Assembly (NCBI GenBank): GCA_900546635.1 | Contig: URDS01000001.1 | Coordinates: 13,306-77,305, forward strand | Direction: 5' to 3' | Source of the DNA: an uncultured Eubacteriales bacterium | GTDB lineage: Bacteria; Bacillota; Clostridia; Oscillospirales; CAG-272 | Length of the DNA stretch: 64,000 nucleotides | Shown: piece by piece, positions 1 to 8,900 of the stretch | How the letters are laid out: each line of letters opens with the position of its first letter | Position numbering within the stretch: position 1 is the first letter of the stretch | Translations under genes and position numbers: made by a program | The notes under the pieces: generated by a model | What the model saw: only the letters and a program-made list of their open reading frames with translations | What the model was told of the DNA's origin: nothing | Database searches by the model: none

Positions 1-561
1 GCGAACGCGACACGGGTTCGGACTTGGAAAGCCGGAAATAAACTGTATACCGAGACTTCGCATTATCGCTTGTTTCGCCGCGGAGGCATCCATTTTGAGG
101 ATATTGCGACCAGCGCGTACAGCGGAGACGATAAAAAAATGCTGGAAGGAATTTTGCCGTTTCCGCCGGAAGCGCTTAAAGCGTTTACCATGACCTATTT
201 GTCGGGTTTTTTGGCCAAAAAACGCAATATAGAACGCGACCGTGTGGAAAACGAGGTGCGCGGGCGAATCAATCAATATTCAACGACGCTGCTGTCCGGT
301 ACGATGTCCGGGTATACAACGGTGACCGGCGTAAACTGCAATACGCGCCTTGAAAAATATATCTGGGATTATGCTCTGATGCCGCTTTGGATTCTTACCT
401 ATCAGAAAAACGGAAAAACGTATACGTATGCGATGAACGGCCATACCGGAAAAATATACGGTGAGCTTCCGGTCAGCGGCGGCAAACTGTTTGCTTTGTT
501 CGGTTCGCTGCTTGTCGGCGTGAGCGTGCTCTGCACACTGATCGGAGGGCTGCTGCTTTGA
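1..561 (+). CDS. hypothetical membrane-anchored protein, C-terminal part (5' end upstream of window)
   Basis: Frame 1 is open from nt 1 to the TGA at 559-561. The listed ORF 70..561 only begins at the first in-frame TTG. There is a C-terminal hydrophobic helix (KLFALFGSLLVGVSVLCTLIGGLLL). The stop overlaps the TTG start of the next gene (TTGA). Confidence 0.5.
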   Translation, partial: ANATRVRTWKAGNKLYTETSHYRLFRRGGIHFEDIATSAYSGDDKKMLEGILPFPPEALKAFTMTYLSGFLAKKRNIERDRVENEVRGRINQYSTTLLSGTMSGYTTVTGVNCNTRLEKYIWDYALMPLWILTYQKNGKTYTYAMNGHTGKIYGELPVSGGKLFALFGSLLVGVSVLCTLIGGLLL

Positions 562-1442
562 AAAAGATCAGGTTTATAGCCTTGCTGTTTTTTTGCGCCG
601 TGCTGACATTCGGCGCTTTGGCCGCCGAATATACGTTTGTATATGACGGCGCGCAACTGCTGACCGATATAGAGCGGGAGACGCTCGAAACGGATTTTGA
701 CGCGATTTTGCAGGAAAGCGGACTTTTGTGCGTTGTTGTAACACAGTATGGATCGGAAAACATGCTGTCAGCGTTGCCCGATTACGCAAAAGACGCGGCG
801 GATATGATTTTGCTGGATATTGATATGCAGGCGCGTACGTTCAACCTGTATCAGTATAACCGCGATGAAGGCGAGGCGGCTTTTCAGCTTTCCAATCGTG
901 AAAGCGACGATATTTTAGACACGGTTTTGATTGATATGGCCGATGGTGAATATGCCAAGGCTGCGCAGGTGTTCGGTTCGCTTTCTGCCGAGTATTTTTC
1001 CAATGCGGATCCGTTTGTCCCCGGCAGCGACGGATACGGGGAGTATGGTTATACGGATTATACGGACGGCAATGATGCAGGAAAACCGGATTACGGCGAC
1101 TATGGCCATATGTATGATGAGGATGAACAAAGCGTCGGTCGCCGGTTGCTCGACGCATTGCCGATGTCTGCCTTTATCGGGCTTGTCGTTTCTGTCATTT
1201 CGGTTATCTGCGTGTATGGTCGTTATAAAACCAAGCAGCATGGCGCTGTGTATCCGCTTGAAAAGTATACCGCGCTTGACCTCACGCAGCAGGATGATCG
1301 ATTTGTCAATAAAACCGTTACCGTCGCTGTGATTCAAAACAGCACCAACAGCACATCGCACAGGGGAGGCGGTTTTGGCGGCGGACATTCCGGTGGAGGG
1401 CGTTCCGGCGGCGGAGGCCACGCGGGCGGACGGTCATTTTAG
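558..1442 (+). CDS. TPM domain-containing protein (YgcG-like), signal peptide, TM helix, Gly-rich tail
   Basis: TTG start is preceded by GGAGGG 7 nt upstream. N-terminal signal (FIALLFFCAVLTFGALAA). TPM-like VYDGAQLLTDIERETLE segment, a later TM helix, and a C-terminal GGGFGGGHSGGGRSGGGGHAGG tail typical of the YgcG family. Confidence 0.7.
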   Translation: MKKIRFIALLFFCAVLTFGALAAEYTFVYDGAQLLTDIERETLETDFDAILQESGLLCVVVTQYGSENMLSALPDYAKDAADMILLDIDMQARTFNLYQYNRDEGEAAFQLSNRESDDILDTVLIDMADGEYAKAAQVFGSLSAEYFSNADPFVPGSDGYGEYGYTDYTDGNDAGKPDYGDYGHMYDEDEQSVGRRLLDALPMSAFIGLVVSVISVICVYGRYKTKQHGAVYPLEKYTALDLTQQDDRFVNKTVTVAVIQNSTNSTSHRGGGFGGGHSGGGRSGGGGHAGGRSF

Positions 1443-1456
1443 CACGGAGTATAAAT

Positions 1457-1481
1457 AAAAAGGCGCCAATTGGCGCCTTTT
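1457..1481. terminator. bidirectional intrinsic terminator
   Basis: AAAAA-GGCGCC-AATT-GGCGCC-TTTT palindrome between the convergent TPM gene and mntP. Confidence 0.7.
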
Positions 1482-1498
1482 ATACTGCTTTTATGGTT

Positions 1499-2062
1499 TC
1501 AGCCGAATATGCCCAAATGCTCGAACAGAATTTTCAGTCCCATTCCGATTAGTACAATTCCTCCGATCAGTTCGGCGCGGGATTTGTATTTGGCACCGAA
1601 TACATTGCCGACTTTGACGCCGAGCGCGGAGAGGGCAAAGGTAATCACACCGATAGAACCGATTGCGGGCAGGATTTTTATATCGTCGAGCAGCGCGAAC
1701 GTGATTCCGACCGCCAGTGCATCGATACTGGTCGCAATCGCCAGCGGCAGCATGGATTTTGCGCTGAATGAGCAGTCGGTCTCCTCGGCCGGACTGCGCG
1801 ATTCGCGAATCATATTCAATCCGATCACACCGAGCAGAATAAAGGCAATCCAGTGGTCAAAGCTTGTAACAAATGTTTCAAACTGCTTGCCGAGATAATA
1901 ACCGATCAGCGGCATCAACGCCTGAAATCCGCCAAAGTACAGGCCGGTCAGCAGCAAATGCTTGGGACGCATTACCTTTACGGAAAGTCCTTTACAGACT
2001 GCCGCTGCAAACGCGTCCATGGAAAGCGCAAGCGCAGTTAAAAACAGTTCAAACCAACTCAT
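1499..2062 (-). CDS. mntP: manganese efflux pump MntP
   Basis: 187 aa multi-TM protein with [10 protein letters not shown] and [12 protein letters not shown] motifs characteristic of MntP. ATG with AAGGAG RBS. Confidence 0.9.
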   Translation of the reverse strand: MSWFELFLTALALSMDAFAAAVCKGLSVKVMRPKHLLLTGLYFGGFQALMPLIGYYLGKQFETFVTSFDHWIAFILLGVIGLNMIRESRSPAEETDCSFSAKSMLPLAIATSIDALAVGITFALLDDIKILPAIGSIGVITFALSALGVKVGNVFGAKYKSRAELIGGIVLIGMGLKILFEHLGIFG

Positions 2063-2085
2063 ACGGTCTCCTTCGATTTTAAAAT

Positions 2086-2565
2086 TTACATAGGATACTT
2101 TCGGCGTTCTTCAGAAAAGTCGTTTAAGACCTCTTCGCGGTATTTTCGGATGTAATATTTTGCCGTGGAGAGATTCATATCCAGATAATTTCCGCAATCA
2201 CGTGCCGTGGCGCCGGGAATGTCGCCGGTATAGTTTAAAATAAAGTCGCTCATCCGCAGCATACAGTCGTGAATGTCGGAGGGGAGAAGTTTGCCGGCCA
2301 GCAGAATATAAAATCCGGTACGGCAGCCCATGGGACCGAAATACAGCGTGCGGTCTTTCCATAAGGGATCATTGCGCAAAAAGGTGGCGCCGAGATGTTC
2401 GATGGCATGAATGGCCGCGGTGTCCATGACCGGTTCGGCATTCGGCCGGGTTATGCGCATGTCAAATGTCGTGACGGTTTCCGCGCCGATTTTATCACAG
2501 CGCGATACATAAAGTCCCGGTAAAAGAGACAGATGATTGACCGTAAAGCTTGCAATTTTTTCCAT
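2086..2565 (-). CDS. luxS: S-ribosylhomocysteine lyase LuxS
   Basis: 159 aa with the HAIEH metal motif and [10 protein letters not shown] catalytic Cys region. RBS AGAGG. Confidence 0.95.
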   Translation of the reverse strand: MEKIASFTVNHLSLLPGLYVSRCDKIGAETVTTFDMRITRPNAEPVMDTAAIHAIEHLGATFLRNDPLWKDRTLYFGPMGCRTGFYILLAGKLLPSDIHDCMLRMSDFILNYTGDIPGATARDCGNYLDMNLSTAKYYIRKYREEVLNDFSEERRKYPM

Positions 2566-2591
2566 AACGACCTCTTGTTCTCAATTCATAT

Positions 2592-3473
2592 TTATTCGGC
2601 AGACCAGAAGATTTTGCAGTCTTCGGCGAAAAAACGCAGGTATCCCAGATCATGCATATAGGAAATGTAGGAGCGGATGGTAGCGCCGACAAGAATGTAC
2701 TGATTCAAATCCATGCGCAGTTTGTATTTTTGAAAAATCAACTGCAAAATATCTTCAAAGCAACGCGGATGCGCGCAGATTTCGCGGATCGTTTCGATGA
2801 TTTCATATACTTTTGCAAGATTTGCGTCGGCCAGTGGAACAATGTCTTCTACCGGTTCCGCATGTGCGGGAATATACAGCCGTCCGGATAGCGCGCGCAC
2901 CTTTTTCAGACTTTCAATATAATTTTCTACATTGTAGATGTAGGAAACATGGTATTTTTCGATAATGTTCAGGCCGGTTAGGCAGTCTCCCAAAAACCAG
3001 ACATCGTCCGGCGTTTTGAACGCGGTCATGGAGGCGGAATGCCCGTCCAGCGGTAACGCCTCAAGGCCGACCGGCATATTTTCGGCGTTCAGCCTCTTTG
3101 CCTTGCTGCTTTGCGCAATAAAAAACTTGTTTTCGCGAATCTCATGCGGCGGGTAGCCGCCCCATAATATGGTGGGATTCAGAATCGTGTGTTCGATAAA
3201 TGCGCCGTCAAACCCGGCGTAGAGCAGGCGGCAACCGGTACGGTCGTGCAGAAGTTTGTTGCTTCCGATATGATCGGCGTGTATGTGCGTATTGATTACA
3301 GAAGACAGAATCCAGCCTTTTTCTTCCAGAATCTTCAAAACTTTTTTGCCCGCATCCTTATCGTTTCCGCTGTCAATCAAGCAGACTTCATTCCCGGAAA
3401 AATTATAAATTCCCATCCGTGAGGGGCAGTCGATATAGTAGGTGTTGCCCCCGACTTTTTTCAGTTCATACAT
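2592..3473 (-). CDS. MBL-fold metallo-hydrolase
   Basis: 293 aa with the HIHADH (HxHxDH) motif. First gene of an apparent MBL-luxS-mntP operon (26- and 23-nt spacers, each with an RBS). Confidence 0.85.
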   Translation of the reverse strand: MYELKKVGGNTYYIDCPSRMGIYNFSGNEVCLIDSGNDKDAGKKVLKILEEKGWILSSVINTHIHADHIGSNKLLHDRTGCRLLYAGFDGAFIEHTILNPTILWGGYPPHEIRENKFFIAQSSKAKRLNAENMPVGLEALPLDGHSASMTAFKTPDDVWFLGDCLTGLNIIEKYHVSYIYNVENYIESLKKVRALSGRLYIPAHAEPVEDIVPLADANLAKVYEIIETIREICAHPRCFEDILQLIFQKYKLRMDLNQYILVGATIRSYISYMHDLGYLRFFAEDCKIFWSAE

Positions 3474-3607
3474 TTGCTTTCCTCATGGTGTTCAATGTCA
3501 GAATATGGTTTTGCCATTTTGTCCGGCTCCGGGCATTTTGCATTGCGACGTGAAACAACGTTCGGGCATTTTGCAAAAAGATTGCCGGGCGACAGGCAAC
3601 TCTATTT

Positions 3608-3636
3608 ATTATATCAGAACAGCCGTAGGGATTCAA
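3608..3636 (-). promoter_or_regulatory. sigma-A type promoter for MBL-luxS-mntP operon
   Basis: Minus strand reads TTGAAT-N17-TATAAT (-35 at 3631-3636, -10 at 3608-3613). Confidence 0.55.
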
Positions 3637-3663
3637 TATATTCGCCGTATGTTTGTGCGTTTC

Positions 3664-3692
3664 TTGCAATTTTTTTATCGGTATGGTATACT
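3664..3692 (+). promoter_or_regulatory. promoter for NUDIX gene
   Basis: TTGCAA-N17-TATACT with a TG extension (tggTATACT), 20 nt upstream of the start. Confidence 0.55.
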
Positions 3693-3711
3693 GAAAAGGG
3701 AGGAAAACGAT

Positions 3712-4218
3712 ATGGAATATCTTGATTTATATGATATTACCGGGCGCCGGATCGGAAAACGATGCGCACGCGGAACCGGTCATATGCCGCCCGATTCTTA
3801 TATTTTGGTCGCTGATATTTGCACAATGAACGCTTTGGGGCAGCTTTTGATCACACAGCGGCACCCGAAAAAAAGTCACCCGCTCGAATGGGAATTTACC
3901 GGGGGCGCGGTGCAATCCGGTGAAGACAGCCGCACCGCCGCTGTACGTGAATTGTTTGAGGAAACAGGACTTTCGGCGCTTCCCGAAACGCTTCGATTGC
4001 TCGGCCGTTCCTGCACCGGCCGATTTTTACATGATTTTTATTTGTTTTGTACCGACGCTGAGGTATCGTCGCTGTGCTTGCAGGCAGACGAGGTCGTAGA
4101 TGCGAAATTTGTTTTCCCGGATGAAATCGAAAAGCTGTATAAGCAGGGCAAATTTGTCGGACATGTTTACAGACGGTATCTTGAGTGCGCGGAGCAGATT
4201 CGTGCGTTTTTGTGTTAG
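3712..4218 (+). CDS. NUDIX hydrolase
   Basis: ATG at 3712 preceded by AAGGGAGG. Nudix box GGAVQSGEDSRTAAVRELFEETGL. The longer listed ORF (3442) would run through the promoter. Confidence 0.85.
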   Translation: MEYLDLYDITGRRIGKRCARGTGHMPPDSYILVADICTMNALGQLLITQRHPKKSHPLEWEFTGGAVQSGEDSRTAAVRELFEETGLSALPETLRLLGRSCTGRFLHDFYLFCTDAEVSSLCLQADEVVDAKFVFPDEIEKLYKQGKFVGHVYRRYLECAEQIRAFLC

Positions 4219-4230
4219 CGGAGATCTGCG

Positions 4231-4920
4231 TCAAGACGAATGCCGGGATTGATTTTTTTGCGACGGCGCGCTTGATTTGTTTTGCCTTGACTGTAATGCT
4301 TTTTTGCGCGGCTTATCTTCTTTTTGGAACAACCCGATCAAAAAAGAGGAGAGCGTGACGGTAACCAGAGAATATAGAATGTTTTGAAGCGGAATGTAGC
4401 TTAAAGAGAGCAGAAGCACCGTTAAATCGGTTGCTAAGTAGGCAAGGCTGATTTTGCAGTGCAGCAGTTTGGAAAGCACAAGCGCTAAAGCGTCATCACC
4501 GCCGGCGGCGCCGCCCTCACGAACGATAATGCCTACGCCGACACCGACAAAGACGCTGCCGAGCACTGCTGCTGCAAGCGGATACATACAAAGATCGGGC
4601 AAAATATAACCTATATGTTCAAACAGATTGTAAAATACCGAAAAACACAGACTTGCGGCAAGCGCGTTTTTTAAAAATGCGCGTCCGAGCAGCCGGAACC
4701 CGAAAAAATAACACAGTGCGTCCAGACAAAAGCCGGAAATACCCGGCGTAATATGAAACCAGTGCTTGAGCAGAAGCGTCATGCCGAGCACGCCGCCCTC
4801 TGTGATCAGGCCCCGGCTGTGGATGTTGAACATGCCGAAAGCGAGTATGGCCGCGCCTGTTGCGAGCAACAGCCAGTGTTTGAATGTTTGAAATCGGATA
4901 GATTGGTTCGAGGATGTCAA
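4231..4920 (-). CDS. YitT/YczE-family integral membrane protein
   Basis: 229 aa, 5-6 TM helices, with N-terminal region similar to YitT_membrane proteins (LLLATGAAILAFGMFNIH...GGVLG). TTG start with AAAGGGG RBS. Confidence 0.65.
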   Translation of the reverse strand: MTSSNQSIRFQTFKHWLLLATGAAILAFGMFNIHSRGLITEGGVLGMTLLLKHWFHITPGISGFCLDALCYFFGFRLLGRAFLKNALAASLCFSVFYNLFEHIGYILPDLCMYPLAAAVLGSVFVGVGVGIIVREGGAAGGDDALALVLSKLLHCKISLAYLATDLTVLLLSLSYIPLQNILYSLVTVTLSSFLIGLFQKEDKPRKKALQSRQNKSSAPSQKNQSRHSS

Positions 4921-4959
4921 TTTGCGAACCCCTTTCTTTTACGGTTGACGGTATTTTTA

Positions 4960-4990
4960 AGTATAAACAATATAGCAGCTATATTGTCAA
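4960..4990 (-). promoter_or_regulatory. MerR-type promoter (19-bp spacer) with operator palindrome, drives YitT-family gene
   Basis: Minus strand reads TTGACA-N19-TATACT. The spacer contains the perfect palindrome ACAATATAGC-a-GCTATATTGT (4967-4987). It sits divergent from, and overlaps, the merR-like gene promoter (TTGACG at 4945-4950). Confidence 0.55.
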
Positions 4991-5010
4991 GCGTTTTGGA
5001 GGAATTTTTT

Positions 5011-5844
5011 GTGGATGTACGATTTACTGTGGGAGAAATGGCCAAACTGAACGGCATTTCCAAGCAGATGCTGATCTTTTATGACCGGGAAAATGTATTT
5101 AAGCCGAGTATGGTAGATCCGCAAAACGGATACCGGTATTATACGGCGGAACAGATGGAACAGCTTGACAGTATTTTATTGCTGCGGGATATGGGATTTT
5201 CTCTGTCTGAAATCCGAGCGCATATGCAGAGCCGCACCGGCGAAAATACATTGACGGCGATTCGGGAGCAGAGAGACGTTTTGCAAGAGCGTCTCCGGCA
5301 TTGGCAGCGGGTTGAGCGGCGCCTGTCGCATAAAATTGAGATGATGGAGCGTTTCCTCGAAACCGGTCCGTCGGCGGACGGATTTATCCGATGCGAGCAG
5401 GCTTATTTTGCAATTGAAAAAACCGCGCCTCCGCATGGATTGCTGGAGGTGGATATGGCGGTCAAACGTTTGCTTGTCCGCGCGACCGCAAACGGATATG
5501 CGCATTTTTATCAGATCGGTGATGTAATTTTGAAAGAAAATTTGCTGCGCGGGGATTTTATCCGTTTTGATTTTGCTTTTTTGCCGTTGGATGCTCCGGA
5601 CGGCGTCGAGAATCTCTTTGTGAAGCCTGCAGGGCAGTATTATCGCGGGTATCATGTTGGGGCGTATGCGCAGATTGGACGCACGTACCGCCGGTTGCTG
5701 GAGAACCTGAATCAAGCGGGTTATGCGCCGTCGGGCGCCGCTTATGAATATTGTGTGTTGGATTCGCTCACGACAAAAGATCCGAAAGATTATATGACGG
5801 AAATTCAGATTCCGGTGGAGCTTGTAAAGAATACCGTTGATTGA
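5011..5844 (+). CDS. MerR-family transcriptional regulator with GyrI-like effector-binding domain (BmrR/Mta-like)
   Basis: GTG at 5011 follows GGAGG at 8 nt. N-terminal HTH FTVGEMAKLNGISKQMLIFYDRENVFKP...GYRYY. C-terminal region resembles GyrI-like domains. Confidence 0.85.
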   Translation: MDVRFTVGEMAKLNGISKQMLIFYDRENVFKPSMVDPQNGYRYYTAEQMEQLDSILLLRDMGFSLSEIRAHMQSRTGENTLTAIREQRDVLQERLRHWQRVERRLSHKIEMMERFLETGPSADGFIRCEQAYFAIEKTAPPHGLLEVDMAVKRLLVRATANGYAHFYQIGDVILKENLLRGDFIRFDFAFLPLDAPDGVENLFVKPAGQYYRGYHVGAYAQIGRTYRRLLENLNQAGYAPSGAAYEYCVLDSLTTKDPKDYMTEIQIPVELVKNTVD

Positions 5845-5854
5845 ATATGAAAAG

Positions 5855-5886
5855 AAACATCCGGGCGCTGATGCGCCCGGATGTTT
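5855..5886. terminator. bidirectional terminator hairpin (14-bp stem)
   Basis: AAACATCCGGGCGC-TGAT-GCGCCCGGATGTTT between the convergent merR-like gene and GH43 gene A. T-rich tract follows on the minus strand. Confidence 0.75.
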
Positions 5887-5908
5887 CAGGATCTATGCAG
5901 AGGAAAAC

Positions 5909-8900
5909 TCAGTTGCTTTGGATAATTGAATCGAAGCTGCTGATTTTATTCGTCAAAGGACGCGGATTGAGGTTTACTGTATAAACGGTGTGAATGCTGG
6001 CGGGCTTTTTGGTTTTGTTTCCGATTACAACGCCGTTTGTATTGGCTGTGTATGGTTCTACAAAAGCAAAGCGTCCGCTCGAAGTATCGGTACCGGTGTA
6101 GGCGTGATAGCAGATCCATGTATTGCCGTCGGTATCCGTGATATAAGAGGCGTGTCCGCAGCCGTTGATGCTGTCGGATTTTGAGAATATCGGCGTCGAG
6201 CGCTTCTGCCAACTGCTCTGATCTGTCGGATCTCCACCGAGATATTTGAGTTGGCCGAGCTTGTATTCCGTGGTCCAGTAGCCGCTGCCTGAGTATACGA
6301 CATAGACAGAGCCGTCACTGCCGTATACTGCGGTGCCGCCTTCAACGACTTTCGGATAGGCTGCGCCGGTGTTTGGATTATACGCCGCGCCGCCCATTTC
6401 CCAGGAATATTCGGGTGTGCAGATAACGCCGTGCGCGCCTGAAATCGTCCATGGATTGGAAAGTCTTGCTATGTTGATTGTTTGATAGAAATTGGATGTG
6501 GCGCGTCCGACTTCGCCAACCCACATGGTGTACAGTTGTCCGTTTATGCGAATAATGGTTTGTCCGGCAGCCCAGGCATCGTTTGTCAATGCGGGATTAC
6601 TTGGGCTTGTAACCTTGATCGGAACATTGACCTCGCCGGTCACGGGATGTCCCCAGGGCCCCTGTAAATCGTCGGTCAGGCATTTGATTACGTACATGCG
6701 GTGATTGATATTTTCGCCGTCGTCGCAGGCGATAAAGCAATACCAACCGGCGTATTCCGCACCGAAGTCTTCGGGGCTGAAGTAATGAATTTCAGGCGAC
6801 CACAGATCTTGTGACCACATTTGCCCTTCAGCGGGTTCGTAAATGATTTTTTGAGCCGCATATTTGAGGTCCCCGATATTCGCTGCTTTATATAATGCCA
6901 GCCGCGTGTTTCCGGTTGCGATATAATAGTAATTGCCCTCGTAGAAAAACAGCCAGGGGTCGGCGCCGTTTGAGCGGATGGGGTTGGTGAAAGACATGGT
7001 TCCGGTTTCCTGTGCCGTAAGATCAATTTTATCGGCAACATGTAAACTGCTTGTCATACTGCCGGAAAGCGCTTGGGTTCCGATGAGGTCTGTGCTGTGT
7101 GCAAAATTACCGCCGTTTACATAAACCGTGTAGCTGCCTGTATACGTTCCGAGTTTTGTGCTGGATGCGGCAAGCGTACCGTAGAACGTGCCGCCGTTCA
7201 GCGTCAGTGTGACGGCGGAGTTGAGCGAAAGCTGCGCATTTTCGGGCGTGAAAGCATAGAGCCCCGCATAAAATGTACCGCCGTTAATGGTAGCGTGAAT
7301 TGCGCCGTTATGTGCGGTTCCGCTTCCGAGCGTCACACGTTCACTGAATTCGCCGCCGTTTACGGTTAGCTTCACATCGAGCACTTTGGTGCTGCCGGTC
7401 GAATTTCCGCCTCGCACCCTTTGCCATTTTCCGCTGTTAATGGTCAGATCGGTGGCAGGTCTGTTTATATTGGAAGCGCTCCCGCCCATAACCGACATGT
7501 AAGTGTTAATATCGGCGGCTTTTTCGCTGGTAATATTGTTGCCGAGGGTAAATCGATAGCCGCATCCGAAAAAGCTGCCGTAGTTTTTGGCGCATACCAA
7601 TGTAATATCACGGATTTCGGTTTCGCCGCCGCAGTAAAAATTGGCTTTTAAAATCAACTTTGCGTTGTTTGTTTTTGCATAATCTGTGCTGCCGTATACG
7701 GAGGTAATGGTGATTTTTTCCGTATTTTGTACGTTGATAAACGCCTGACTCAGCGTGTAGTCGCCGCAGATGACGATGGTTCCCCCATTTGGCAGTGCAG
7801 TATAGGCCGCGCTGAGATTGCCGAGCGGAGAAGCGGGGGTGCTGCCGTTGCCGGTTCCGCTGTCTTTCAGATACACGACGCTTTCGTCATAAATTGAAAA
7901 AACAGAAGCAACCGCGCTGAGATCAGCGGGCGTGTAGACGGCTTCGTTCAGAACCGCCGTTCCCTGAACGTTGTTGCCGGTTGCCGTATAGGCATCTATT
8001 GCGCCGCCGAGCAATTCGATGCGCAGCGTATTTGTAACGCCGCAAAATTCCAGACGCTCTATACTGCCGGCTGTGATTTTCAGAGAAAAGTCTTCTATTG
8101 TGCTTTCCGATGTTTTCAGTGTGCCAACACTGCCGCTGCGCAGTTCAATTGCCGTGGATTTTGTGCCCCCGATCAGCGTATCCACAGCGGCGCCGTCTAT
8201 CAGTATTTCGGCTCTTGCAGTGCCGCCGTTTACCGTAGCGTAATTTCCGTCATACAGCGCTCCGGACCCGGTTACATTTGCTTTTCCGGACATACCGGAA
8301 AGACCGCGCACTGTAAGGAAATGGCCGGCTGTCTGAAACATACTGCCGTTTGCAATGAGGTTTAAATTTTCTATGGTTGTTGTGCCGCCGAGCGTATACG
8401 TGCCGCTTACCGATAATGCGGCGCCCGGATAGCCCTGAATGAAAATTTCTTCGCTGTGCGCGGGTTCTGTAAAGTTGTTCACGGAAATTGTTTCCATAAC
8501 GACAATTGTTCCGCCGGCTTTGGCGGCCTTTTCAAAAGCGGACGCAAAAGAAGTTGGAGAAGCAAGAGAAGCGCCGCTGCCGGTTGCATTCTCTTTGGCA
8601 AAAATTTGGATGTTATTTTTTACACTGTCGAAATCCGCACCGAGAAGTTTGATTGCGGTTGGATCATAGAAAGTGGTAAAAGAAAGCTTTTTCGTTTTAC
8701 CGGCCTCTTTTGCCAATTCTTTGATTTCGTCGCTGTAATAGGAGACGGAAGCGGCGCGGACATTTGCGCCGGAAAGGAAAATATTGGCTTGACCGACGAC
8801 ATTGTTCACTGACAATTCATGAATTGTGCCCCCGTTTAGTCGAACGGTTGCATTGCCGTTCAGCCGCCGAGTGACATCTCCGCCGGTAAACAACTGATAG

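Noticed and set aside
3442-3711. 90-codon N-terminal extension of the NUDIX ORF.
   Set aside because: The extension overlaps the divergent promoter region. A strong RBS (AAGGGAGG) precedes the internal ATG at 3712, and the Nudix fold starts there.
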